From: an uncultured Candidatus Saccharibacteria bacterium | Lineage (GTDB): Bacteria > Patescibacteriota > Minisyncoccia > Phycocordibacterales > UBA9973 | NCBI GenBank assembly: GCA_964505155.1 | Contig: CAZDGL010000001.1 | Coordinates: 1,286 to 65,285, forward strand | Length of the DNA stretch: 64,000 nucleotides | Direction of reading: 5' to 3' | In this document: piece after piece, positions 26,564 to 35,644 of the stretch | Layout: every line of letters starts with the position of its first letter | Numbering within the stretch: the first letter of the stretch is position 1 | Notes under the pieces: model-generated | Database searches by the model: none | What the model was told of the DNA's origin: nothing | Seen by the model: only the letters and a program-made list of their open reading frames with translations | Position numbers and translations under genes: made by a program

Positions 26564-26814
26564 CCGTCAAAATCCATTTCTATCTTCAAACCATCACCAA
26601 TCTTGACAGTTCTTCTGCTCATTCCGACATTCAAAGCTCTAGAGATTTCACGTCCATTGAAACCCATCTCTTCCATAACCTTACGAACGGTTGAAGGACA
26701 AACAGGTTGCTTCATAAAATCTACAAACTGATAGAGTCTAGTGTGAGCTAATTCCTCACGTTCAGATATAGGCACAGATAATATCTCCCGGCACCTGACC
26801 GTCCAAAAACTCAA
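26560..26814 (-). CDS. small HTH DNA-binding protein
   Basis: GFNGREISRALNVGMSRRTV resembles sigma-70 region 4 / LuxR-type HTH. Confidence 0.4.
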   Translation of the reverse strand: MSFWTVRCREILSVPISEREELAHTRLYQFVDFMKQPVCPSTVRKVMEEMGFNGREISRALNVGMSRRTVKIGDGLKIEMDFDG

Positions 26815-27916
26815 ACTTATACTCTGGATTGATTTCGGTCAGAAGGCTCATCGCATCAGAATACTGGACATACGACCATTCAGCAGATCCGAATAGACGC
26901 TTGTCATCAATAATGATGGTATGATCGTTTCGCTTGGAAGCCTTGATTGCTTTCAGTTCGTCAAGCAACGGAGAACCACCGGAACGTCCACCTTTCAGAG
27001 GACCAGACGCATGAGCGTCCAACCAAAAAGTAGCACGGAGATTGTCGTTGTCAAGAGTATCAACGACTTCAGGGAACCAGTCTGCGGAATCGCGTTCTGT
27101 GATGATAATTCGCTTATCGTCTGAAAACTTCTGCTTCGCATTGGTCACCATTCCCTCATTGATATCACAGGACCATATCTCTCGGAACGGAAGTGGCTGC
27201 ATCAATTCAATGGTTTCACCGAGATAGGTTCCGGTCTCCACAAAGACATCATGCAATCCGTACTTTCGTACATCATCAGGATTTAGATGCGATCCATTCT
27301 TCTTAGGCTTCATTATGAAAGGAGTCAACGCTGGACCAGACTTTTCTACCGAATTGCTCTTCTTCCACCAGAATCCACCTGCACCAGTCACCACCATCGG
27401 ATCCGTGAACCGCATCTCACGACGAAACTGCTTTACCTCATCAATCCTACGATGATATGACTGTCCGGCAAAGATGCCTCCCACGCGACAAATCTCGAAG
27501 GCTTCGGAGATTGGTGTGTCCCCAGAAAATATAACAACATCAAATTTAATGTTTCCCAGATTCTCCACAGAATATGGGCAAATCACATGTTCCATGGACT
27601 TGACGTTATTGTGATACTGTGAATACCACTCGGACTTTGGATTATTATAATAGAATGAAACCCTCTCACCCAAGGCATCATGCAGATTTCGGAGCATTTC
27701 ACCCTTGTGATCCTCGATATAGATCGTGAGCTTATCACCCAGACGTCGAATTTCTGGAATCAAATCGACGGTAAGCAGCGTGAGATTGTTGACAAACTTG
27801 CGCTCCTTCAATTCGTCGTAGGATAGATCCATATTCATATAATTGACTGGACCTTCCACTACTGGAATATCCACCACAACTTCTTCCTCGTCATCATTCT
27901 TCAAATCAATGCTCAT
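26762..27916 (-). CDS. putative SAM-dependent methyltransferase (two Rossmann-like halves)
   Basis: VFVETGTYLGETIE...SCDIN (motif I/II-like) and ...FDVVIFSGD...ICRVGGIFAGQ. Confidence 0.4.
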   Translation of the reverse strand: MSIDLKNDDEEEVVVDIPVVEGPVNYMNMDLSYDELKERKFVNNLTLLTVDLIPEIRRLGDKLTIYIEDHKGEMLRNLHDALGERVSFYYNNPKSEWYSQYHNNVKSMEHVICPYSVENLGNIKFDVVIFSGDTPISEAFEICRVGGIFAGQSYHRRIDEVKQFRREMRFTDPMVVTGAGGFWWKKSNSVEKSGPALTPFIMKPKKNGSHLNPDDVRKYGLHDVFVETGTYLGETIELMQPLPFREIWSCDINEGMVTNAKQKFSDDKRIIITERDSADWFPEVVDTLDNDNLRATFWLDAHASGPLKGGRSGGSPLLDELKAIKASKRNDHTIIIDDKRLFGSAEWSYVQYSDAMSLLTEINPEYKFEFLDGQVPGDIICAYI

Positions 27917-28782
27917 CCGATTGCGTACCTTTCGTCAACTAATGCTTTCAATTCTGGATTTCTATCATACTGGTGGACAATATAGAATGGCTCACCGTAG
28001 ACGTTTCTAATTGTTCCATCGGAATCCATCTCAATTCCGTTATCGGTTCGAACCTTGGAGAAATCCTTGGACGGATCCATCATGGTTCCAATCTGTGCTG
28101 CCCACGAATGATCATGGTCAAATATCATGGCATTATGTGGATTCAGGGTACGAACCAGCACATTCAAAGCAGACTGATCCGGACCACCTCCACCGGGAAC
28201 AAACGCTGGACGACCCACGCACATTTGGTAGATCGCTAGACTCAAAGCCTTTATGCTCTTATGTGTTCCAGCTAGAACACCAGCATTGAGGATAGGATGA
28301 TCTAGCATATAATGCAATGTGTCATTTCCGAACGACAGCTTCATGTTATTATAAGACCACGGCTCATCCTTATAGGCTATTCCTTCTGAAGAAAAGATTA
28401 GGATATTTGATCCGTTATCATAAAAATGATCCAGATCAATTTCATTGATGAAAAAATCAGACGGATTTCTCTGAAAAATCACATCCCGAACATCGGTTGT
28501 GATAACGTAACGATATTCCAATTCATCGGAAGCTTTAAGAATTAGATGAAGATCTCTGAATCGATCGACGCAGATATTTTGGGAAGGAGAAAATGGAGCA
28601 GGATTTGGATAGTAGTATCGATCACCATTCTGAGTGCAGAAGTTCCACATCTCATCGGATGGTGTATAATCAAACAGTACGATAGAACCCTTATATCCAG
28701 TTGATTTTAGAGAGAACACCCAATTGTGAACGTGGTGTGGTTGATAGTTTTTGATAAACCCAATTACGAGGTCTTCTTCCAT
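27913..28782 (-). CDS. hypothetical protein (island member)
   Basis: 289 aa ORF, start overlapping the upstream stop. Confidence 0.3.
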   Translation of the reverse strand: MEEDLVIGFIKNYQPHHVHNWVFSLKSTGYKGSIVLFDYTPSDEMWNFCTQNGDRYYYPNPAPFSPSQNICVDRFRDLHLILKASDELEYRYVITTDVRDVIFQRNPSDFFINEIDLDHFYDNGSNILIFSSEGIAYKDEPWSYNNMKLSFGNDTLHYMLDHPILNAGVLAGTHKSIKALSLAIYQMCVGRPAFVPGGGGPDQSALNVLVRTLNPHNAMIFDHDHSWAAQIGTMMDPSKDFSKVRTDNGIEMDSDGTIRNVYGEPFYIVHQYDRNPELKALVDERYAIG

Positions 28783-29513
28783 GGCAATTCTCCATTATAA
28801 AAGTCAAGAGTTTTTTGATTGCCGTCCTCAAAAAACTTCTGGTTAACCGAACCCGGATTTCCGTCCAGACGATACCGAACAGTATACCCACACATAGTTA
28901 TCGGACTTAGTCCAGACCATTTTTGAACTAGCTGAAGAAATCTTCGATCTCCACCCCATCCTGAATTCCATAGATGTCCATATCGTTTAAGGAATTCATT
29001 CTTGAAAATAAAGCATGAGGTATCGACTAGATATCCGTTAAGCTCATTGAACATAATAGGCCAATTGCCTAGAGACTCGCAATCGTCGTCCAGAAGGTAT
29101 TCGTTTTTGGGAGATACGATTTTACGGAAAGAATGACCGAAATGGTCGTCTTGTTCTGTGATAGCTTCGACCATTGACCGAACATGATCTGGTTCGTAGA
29201 GATTGTCCTCATCCAGAAATAGAATGTAATCTTCTGGGACAATCTGGGACATTGCGGCATAGATCCGATGTCCATAATAACCGTTGGCACCTGTATTGAA
29301 TGGTAATTCAATAATGCTTACGTTGCGATAATCCGAACAGGTATCCCGAACGTTGACGTCTCGCTGGATACCATCAATCACCACATAATGAGTTAGCTTC
29401 CCCTTGTAATCCTGATTGAATACAGATTCAACAGCATCACAAAGTTTATCGGTGCCGATTGTAGGAGTGACGACACCGACTGTAGGAGGTTCTTTAACTA
29501 TAGAGTATTTCAT
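28764..29513 (-). CDS. GT2-family glycosyltransferase
   Basis: VVTPTIGTDKLCDAVESVFNQDY...YVVIDG and DxD-like ILFLDEDN. Confidence 0.7.
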   Translation of the reverse strand: MKYSIVKEPPTVGVVTPTIGTDKLCDAVESVFNQDYKGKLTHYVVIDGIQRDVNVRDTCSDYRNVSIIELPFNTGANGYYGHRIYAAMSQIVPEDYILFLDEDNLYEPDHVRSMVEAITEQDDHFGHSFRKIVSPKNEYLLDDDCESLGNWPIMFNELNGYLVDTSCFIFKNEFLKRYGHLWNSGWGGDRRFLQLVQKWSGLSPITMCGYTVRYRLDGNPGSVNQKFFEDGNQKTLDFYNGELPWKKTS

Positions 29514-29644
29514 ACACTCTCGCGCGCAACTCTATAGATATCACATCGGGTAATTCCGATGTCAGCTAATTCTCTATCGTTCAAGCTATGAAGCTCTCGG
29601 ATAGTCTGCTTGATCTTACGTCTCTTTTCTAGGTACTTGAACAT
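29510..29644 (-). CDS. DUF1127-family small protein (44 aa)
   Basis: MFKYLEKRRKIKQTIRELHSLNDRELADIGITRCDIYRVARESV carries the L..LSDRELADIG..R.DI core; AAAGAGGA SD; its stop overlaps the GT2 start (ATGA). Confidence 0.6.
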   Translation of the reverse strand: MFKYLEKRRKIKQTIRELHSLNDRELADIGITRCDIYRVARESV

Positions 29645-29654
29645 TTATTCCTCT

Positions 29655-30035
29655 TTAATCTGGATCTCCATACGACAACGGAATGTGATCTTTTTCTGTG
29701 ATGTAAGCTTCCTGAACACCCTTGGACATTAGATGTCGAGCGAAGCTCTGAAGTGTGAGTGCTTTCTTTTTCAGATCGCTATACTTATAACCCGGATTCC
29801 AATAATCAAAAAAGTCATAGCCTGAAAAACTTCCACCATTTGCACGGATCCAACTTTCAGCTTCTTCTCTGGTTTTGATTTCTGGCTTATAAGTGAAAAT
29901 CCACCAAAACGTGGTACGTGGACCAATCAAACTATCAAGAACAGCGATACGCTTTTTTTCTGCCTGATCATCGAACCATTCAATTGCTTTGGTGGCACGA
30001 TTCAGAATGTCTCTGGTTTTTTGCAGTCCCTTCAT
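29655..30035 (-). CDS. hypothetical protein
   Basis: 126 aa ORF. Confidence 0.35.
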   Translation of the reverse strand: MKGLQKTRDILNRATKAIEWFDDQAEKKRIAVLDSLIGPRTTFWWIFTYKPEIKTREEAESWIRANGGSFSGYDFFDYWNPGYKYSDLKKKALTLQSFARHLMSKGVQEAYITEKDHIPLSYGDPD

Positions 30036-30478
30036 TCACACTCCCATATTGCACTGCACAATAGTATTTAGCACATCGTGCAGTCAAAAAGGTATGCTAA
30101 ATCAGCATACCACCTATTAGTTAAAACCAGTTATTGTTGAGGATGGTGACAGCGAGCTTCTCGATACCGGAAGCAATGAGAACCGCAGAGACAAAAAGTA
30201 CGGTTAGTGTAGCAGGTAAGAATGCATACCAGTTTCCATTAAACTGAGTCTTATTCGGCATCCACAGGTTCCTTCTTGTTGTTCTTCAGACGACGCTGAA
30301 TTTCATACTCAGCTGCAGCAGAAGAAAGGGATCCGGACTTGGAAATTTCCACCAACTCGTCGGTGGACTTGGACTTCATAGATTCAGTACGCTTTTTATT
30401 GATAGCCAATTCACTTCTCCATATTGAAAGGTAAACCGTAGGATTAGCCTACGTGGTTTCTGGTGTCAAGCTCTTTTT

Positions 30479-30745
30479 TCAGTTGATTTTTCCAAACAGA
30501 TCGTCACGATCAATGATAACAAAATGCTCGTCTCCGATAGACATCGGGATTTCTTTCTGAGCATTATAAAACACCAGATCTCCTTCATCAAATCCGGCTT
30601 CCTTCACATTCTGTCCGGATGAATAAATCACTCCACGACCTACATGTTGAGGCTTGTCCTGATTGATACGAAGAATACCGTTCTTAACGTAGGTATCCTC
30701 CACCTTCTCCTTGGCAATTACCAAATAATTATCATTCATCTTCAT
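30479..30745 (-). CDS. GroES-like co-chaperonin (T4 gp31-like?)
   Basis: 88 aa from an internal ATG that overlaps the dUTPase stop (ATGA); GroES-like layout ...VKNGILRIN...GVIYSSGQNV...GDLVFY. Confidence 0.4.
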   Translation of the reverse strand: MKMNDNYLVIAKEKVEDTYVKNGILRINQDKPQHVGRGVIYSSGQNVKEAGFDEGDLVFYNAQKEIPMSIGDEHFVIIDRDDLFGKIN

Positions 30746-31263
30746 TTGCCTGTACTCCCTAGACCACCAGTACGATTTCCCTTTTTGGACATTGGCTTCT
30801 TCAGTGGATTCCATTGAATTTCGTCGTTCTTGACGATTTCAATCTGACCGATGCGTTCACCCAACTCGATCTTCTGAGTCAACCCTGTGGCATTATAGAG
30901 GAGCATGTATAGCTCGTCCACATAATCCGAGTCAATGATACCAACCGAATTCGCTACGAGGAATCCACGCTTGAATGCCATGGACGATCTGCTATAAGCA
31001 CGGATGGAATATCCAAACGGAATATCAAAGAACAATCCAGTAGGCACAAGAATTCTGTCGTATGCCGAGAAGATGACGGAGCCATCTTTACCCGGAGCAC
31101 GTTCAAACTTTGAATTCTTATCGGAGTATCCGGTTACTGGTTTGTAACCCTCTAGAGAATTATCCTTCTCAGGAGTATAATATACGTCATAGCAAGCAGA
31201 TCCATCGGTTGCCTGATTCGGAAAAATTCCGAGTCTACTGTAAATTCCCACTTGTTCCGTCAT
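30742..31263 (-). CDS. dUTPase (trimeric dUTP pyrophosphatase)
   Basis: AYSRSS (motif 2), GIIDSDYVDE (motif 3), NRTGGLGSTGK (motif 5). Confidence 0.8.
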   Translation of the reverse strand: MTEQVGIYSRLGIFPNQATDGSACYDVYYTPEKDNSLEGYKPVTGYSDKNSKFERAPGKDGSVIFSAYDRILVPTGLFFDIPFGYSIRAYSRSSMAFKRGFLVANSVGIIDSDYVDELYMLLYNATGLTQKIELGERIGQIEIVKNDEIQWNPLKKPMSKKGNRTGGLGSTGK

Positions 31264-31342
31264 TTTGTGATTTCTTTCCCACTGTGTACTTGCTGATTAA
31301 AATCTGCATTCTTATAAATAAAAAAGAAAGGGATATAAGGAT

Positions 31343-32074
31343 ATGCAGCAATATACACCATACACTTATTTATTAGGATGGTCAACTCCTAAAATATATT
31401 ATTATGGTGTTCGATACTCAAAAAAGAGTAAATGTTTATATTTATCAGGATGTCATCCTGATGATTTATGGAATACTTATTTTACTTCTTCTGAATATGT
31501 AAAAAATACGTATTTATTATACGGAAATCCTGATATAATTCAGATTAGAAAAACTTTCAATACTGCAAAAGAAGCTTTAAATTGGGAAAAGAAAGTTTTA
31601 ACTAGAATGAAATTACATCAGCGACCCGATTTTTTGAATAAATGTGCTGGTGGTAGTATTTTTAATGATGAAGATGTTAGAAGAAAAGTGTCGTTAGCTC
31701 TTAAAGGAAAACCATTTTCTCAAGAACATAAAGATAACATTCGAAAATCAAAACAAAACATTTCTCCTGAAATTCGTGCTAATATGAGCCGAGGACAAAG
31801 ATCCAAATCACCTCCAACAATAGAAACAAGAATAAAAAGATCTAAAAGTATGAAAAAACTTCATTGGTATAATAATGGCAATGAAAGTAAGAGATTACTC
31901 GTATGTCCTGAAGGATGGACCCAAGGTCGACTTACTTTCACTAAAACCACTACTTATATCAAATGTTCAAACTGTGAAAGAAATATATCTAAGTCAAATT
32001 TTCGGAAACATTCGACTTTTTGCCTACGGTATACTTTGACACCAGAAGATAGTCCTTCTTCTCGGAAGCCTTGA
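31343..32074 (+). CDS. GIY-YIG homing endonuclease (Seg-like) with NUMOD3 repeats
   Basis: ...KIYYYGVRYSKKS...; repeats SQEHKDNIRKSKQ / SPEIRANMSRGQRSKS; an exact TATAAATA lies 23 nt upstream (31313..31320). Confidence 0.65.
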   Translation: MQQYTPYTYLLGWSTPKIYYYGVRYSKKSKCLYLSGCHPDDLWNTYFTSSEYVKNTYLLYGNPDIIQIRKTFNTAKEALNWEKKVLTRMKLHQRPDFLNKCAGGSIFNDEDVRRKVSLALKGKPFSQEHKDNIRKSKQNISPEIRANMSRGQRSKSPPTIETRIKRSKSMKKLHWYNNGNESKRLLVCPEGWTQGRLTFTKTTTYIKCSNCERNISKSNFRKHSTFCLRYTLTPEDSPSSRKP

Positions 32075-32402
32075 TTACGGCCAACCCTGAAGCTGGTAGC
32101 TTATCTGCAATCTTCTTCTGATCAATCACCTGTAGCAATCCATAATTTTGGAGATTGTAGGCAATAGTATTTCTGCGCTTACGGTCTTCGTCCGTGAAAT
32201 CCGCGTTCTTTCCATCAAGAAGGAATAGCTCCTTGAAATGAACAATCGCATACTTTCCGCGCTTGTGTAGAATATGACAGGACTGATAAAGCGTCTTCTC
32301 CTTGGTCGACGCGATTCCCATTCTGGTCAATGTCTCTCGTATAATATGGAAGTTTTCTGGCTTATCTAATTCAACCCAAACCAAAGACTCTAAATCAATC
32401 AT
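31989..32402 (-). CDS. regA: translational repressor RegA
   Basis: ETLTRMGIA...LYQSCHIL...IVHFKE collinear with T4 RegA; the ATG overlaps the gp62 stop (TGATG). Confidence 0.85.
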   Translation of the reverse strand: MIDLESLVWVELDKPENFHIIRETLTRMGIASTKEKTLYQSCHILHKRGKYAIVHFKELFLLDGKNADFTDEDRKRRNTIAYNLQNYGLLQVIDQKKIADKLPASGLAVIKASEKKDYLLVSKYTVGKKSNVSENLT

Positions 32403-32806
32403 CACTTACCCTTTTTCTTTTTCTTATCTAATCCACCTGTATCCAATCCCTTTTTCAACTCATCGATCTGATCTTTGGTAAGTATCGTTTGATAATACTT
32501 GGCTTCCGATGCACTGCAATTATAGGCTTTAGAAATGACCGCTAGATCATCATCTTTTTCCTTTTTCATCCACGGTACAAATGGTCGCTTGTACCTTCGA
32601 AGAGAATTATAGAGAAAGTCATAATGAGATTTCTTAGTCACGTTTGGCAATCTATTCATTTCGTTTGCATAGAGAATGCAATCCATATGAAAGGATAATG
32701 CCTTATTGACTACGTACGGAACGTATTCTTTTACGTCCTGTTCGTTATTTAGAATATACTCCTTCTTTACCGTGAGTGACGGTATTACTTCTTTGAATAG
32801 ATCCAT
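32402..32806 (-). CDS. 62: clamp-loader small subunit gp62
   Basis: MDLFKEV..., VNKALSFHMDCILYANEMN and YYQTILTKDQIDELKKGL align with T4 gp62 blocks; located immediately upstream of regA as in T4. Confidence 0.65.
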   Translation of the reverse strand: MDLFKEVIPSLTVKKEYILNNEQDVKEYVPYVVNKALSFHMDCILYANEMNRLPNVTKKSHYDFLYNSLRRYKRPFVPWMKKEKDDDLAVISKAYNCSASEAKYYQTILTKDQIDELKKGLDTGGLDKKKKKGK

Positions 32807-33081
32807 TCATCATCTCTTTAAAAAACCATAGTTTATTAGTTAATCTCTGCTCTGGAGGAATATCCTCCAACTTGATTTTACTAAAGTCTACTCCAGCAAA
32901 GCAATCATCACACATTAGTAATCTGAGCTTTCTACCCACCAATCATGACCACATTGACACTTGTAGTGATAATCTTCGTAGGCTCCATCAGAACTTTCAT
33001 CCAGATAGTATAATATCTCATTCGAGCCACATTTGCGACACTTGAAATTAGGGTTCTCGTCCTTCGTTGACTTCCACGTTA

Positions 33082-33564
33082 TCATACCATACTCCACTCT
33101 GAAGGAGAATGCTCCTTCATCACCATAGCTGCTTCTTTAGGGATATTGCAGAGAAATTTCATGTTTGGTTGGAAGATCGGTACGAGATACATGATCCGAC
33201 CGTCCAACGTTCGCTTCTTCCGGTAGTCCAGAAGAAGCTGTTTCCCTTCAATGATGTAGATCTTATTTTCGGATTTATGTGGCTTCATCCCATTTGGGAT
33301 CGAACAAAACACTACAAGGTCTGCAGCGATGCATTTCGGCCAGTCATTGGACATTCTACCCATTTTGTCGGAATGACGCAAGGTAAAAGCATCCTCAGTC
33401 ACCCATGGTGTCTGGGACTTGACTTCGACGTTTTTGCCACCGATAGTCAAGTCTTTTTCCATATCGAACCAGTCATGAGTAATAACTTTTCTGTCTAGAG
33501 TCTTGAAATACTCAGCTACGAGCTTCTCACCCTCTAGACCTACGACACCACGATCTACGCTCAT
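33082..33564 (-). CDS. hypothetical protein
   Basis: 160 aa ORF between gp44 and gp62. Confidence 0.4.
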   Translation of the reverse strand: MSVDRGVVGLEGEKLVAEYFKTLDRKVITHDWFDMEKDLTIGGKNVEVKSQTPWVTEDAFTLRHSDKMGRMSNDWPKCIAADLVVFCSIPNGMKPHKSENKIYIIEGKQLLLDYRKKRTLDGRIMYLVPIFQPNMKFLCNIPKEAAMVMKEHSPSEWSMV

Positions 33565-33567
33565 TAC

Positions 33568-33780
33568 TCAATCAACAATTTCCCAATCGTCTGAAAGTAT
33601 ATCAGCTTGATTAGCTAACCAACCCGGTTGATATTTACCTTGAGCAGTAAACATTACTATATAAGGTTCGTACTTTTCGTACTCAGTTTCTAAATATAGA
33701 TACATGTTTTTGCCGTTCCATCCAGAACGTCTAACAAAATTTCCATTTTTTAGTTCTTCAATTGCTTGTCCAAAATTCAT
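33568..33780 (-). CDS. hypothetical protein
   Basis: 70 aa; its ATG overlaps the HNH stop (ATGA). Confidence 0.35.
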   Translation of the reverse strand: MNFGQAIEELKNGNFVRRSGWNGKNMYLYLETEYEKYEPYIVMFTAQGKYQPGWLANQADILSDDWEIVD

Positions 33781-34349
33781 TTAAACTCCAACTCTGCCAT
33801 CAATTCGGTTAGACATGCAGCATCAACATGTCCATATTTAATTCTGTTTTCTTTCCACTCTAACATTTGTAAATTATCCTTACTAGCAAGTATTTCAGGT
33901 TGAATAGAATTATTCCATCCATATATAATAGAGATTTTATGATCTAATTGATATCCACCTTCTACACCAGATAATGTTCTAGGATAATTATTAGGATTAA
34001 TTTCATTCATATGTTTAATATATGTTCGTTCTGTCAACACTCTTACTTTTGATAGATAGCTTTTAAATTTACGATTTCTTCTATCTGGATTATAAGATGG
34101 ATGGTTTGAGCCACTTCTATTTTTACCATACCAAGGATTATTTTCACCTTTCCATCTATCTGAAGATATATAATTACCTTGTCGTTTTTGTCCAGTTTGA
34201 GATTTCTGGTATTTTGCTATACTATCATGAGAATCTGCAGTTAATCCTTTATTCCAAGGAGATTTTCCAGTATTATCTGGAAGTATACCTCTAGCAACTC
34301 TTTTTTTAGCAGATTCCGACATTTTGCGTCGGGTTTCGTCTGAAATCAT
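33777..34349 (-). CDS. HNH-family homing endonuclease with N-terminal NUMOD3 repeat; the last 14 codons duplicate the gp44 C-terminus
   Basis: SDETRRKMSESAKKR (NUMOD3); C-terminal LDHKISIIYGWNN...NLQML (HNH-like); ends ...AACLTELMAELEFK, as does gp44. Confidence 0.7.
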   Translation of the reverse strand: MISDETRRKMSESAKKRVARGILPDNTGKSPWNKGLTADSHDSIAKYQKSQTGQKRQGNYISSDRWKGENNPWYGKNRSGSNHPSYNPDRRNRKFKSYLSKVRVLTERTYIKHMNEINPNNYPRTLSGVEGGYQLDHKISIIYGWNNSIQPEILASKDNLQMLEWKENRIKYGHVDAACLTELMAELEFK

Positions 34350-34356
34350 TTAATTT

Positions 34357-34409
34357 CCCTATTCGTCGCAGATTATTGCAGTTATTTATGTTATCTGCGA
34401 CGAATAGGG
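34357..34409 (-). promoter_or_regulatory. 17-bp perfect hairpin with a CATAAATAA-containing loop, sequestering the HNH gene SD
   Basis: ccctattcgtcgcagat / atctgcgacgaataggg; the loop contains (minus strand) CATAAATAACTG; the 3' stem ends in AGGGA 7 nt before the ATG. Confidence 0.6.
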
Positions 34410-34416
34410 AAATATT

Positions 34417-35352
34417 TTATTTAAATTCTAACTCTGCCATTAATTCCGTGAGGCAAGCTGCTAGGCAAAGTTCTTGATCAGCTACAAAAGCTGCCTTATA
34501 CTGATATTCGTTCAGGGTTATGATTGCCTGTGGTTGTGATTCAGGAACAACAAAATCACCAAGTGCATCAGTCAATCCACGGATGATATGAACTGAATCC
34601 CCATCAGAATTATCAGTCACCCACTTACGCATCACCTTGAAATCCTTGGCCTTCAAAGCAGCTAGAAGTTCAGGAAACTGTCGGATGTTCGGAATTGCCG
34701 CAATAGCGCGAGCATCAATAGGTCCAAACTTGGAGATCTTTTCAAGTTCACCAAGGATCCGTCGATAGTCCGGAAAGAACTTCATGATGAACTGGACGAC
34801 GGCTTTTTGTTCGTACTGAACGTCATTGTCCTCAAGAATGACTTTGATGCGTTCCATGAACGCTGCTGCCATAGCAGGCTTTTCCTCCTTGCGCAGATTG
34901 AAATCCACGTTCGGACATCTGGAATGGATAGCCTCAATCAACTTGGCTTTGTAGTTGCAAGTCAGAATGAAGGATACGTTCGATGAAAATTCTTCAATCG
35001 AACCACGAAGTGCTCCTTGAGCATCCGCTGTCAGACCATCAGCTTCATCGATTATCAGAACCTTCTTGCCACCGTCAAGAGAAATCGTGGAGGCATAGTT
35101 TCGCATCTTGGTTCGGATCGTATCAATGCCTCTTTCTTCTGAAGAATTGATCTTCATATAGGAAGCACCAATTTCCTTACATAGAGCCTCAGCTACGGTT
35201 GTCTTTCCAATGCCCGGTCCACCGAAGAATAGCAGATTAGGAAGGTTGCCTTCTTTGACGTAACCCTCGAATACTTTCTTGAGTCTATCAGGAATGATGC
35301 AATCATTGATAGTTTGAGGTCTGTATGCCTCTACCCATAAATTTTCTGCCAT
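34417..35352 (-). CDS. 44: clamp-loader large subunit gp44 (AAA+ ATPase)
   Basis: Walker A GGPGIGKTT, Walker B LIIDEAD, RFC-like layout, 311 aa. Confidence 0.9.
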   Translation of the reverse strand: MAENLWVEAYRPQTINDCIIPDRLKKVFEGYVKEGNLPNLLFFGGPGIGKTTVAEALCKEIGASYMKINSSEERGIDTIRTKMRNYASTISLDGGKKVLIIDEADGLTADAQGALRGSIEEFSSNVSFILTCNYKAKLIEAIHSRCPNVDFNLRKEEKPAMAAAFMERIKVILEDNDVQYEQKAVVQFIMKFFPDYRRILGELEKISKFGPIDARAIAAIPNIRQFPELLAALKAKDFKVMRKWVTDNSDGDSVHIIRGLTDALGDFVVPESQPQAIITLNEYQYKAAFVADQELCLAACLTELMAELEFK

Positions 35353-35639
35353 TAAGAAACCCTATTTGCGAACAACTCGGAGAATACAAACTCGACGTAT
35401 TCTTCCTCTTCTTTCACTTCTGCAAAATTGTCCTTGTGATAGGTACGAGCTAACTTGCGAGCTACCTTTTTCTTGATACCAATCTCATCCTCAATCCGCT
35501 GAAGAATGGACTTGATTAGATCTCGCTCACCACCAATGCGAACTAGAGAATTATCGATCTCTATAATCGCATCGTGGAGCTTCTTCTTGTCTTCGGGATT
35601 TAGGTGAGAAGGTTGCACATCATCATTTTCAATAGTCAT
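35352..35639 (-). CDS. hypothetical protein between gene 45 and gene 44
   Basis: 95 aa ORF with overlapping start and stop. Confidence 0.4.
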   Translation of the reverse strand: MTIENDDVQPSHLNPEDKKKLHDAIIEIDNSLVRIGGERDLIKSILQRIEDEIGIKKKVARKLARTYHKDNFAEVKEEEEYVEFVFSELFANRVS

Positions 35640-35644
35640 AACAA

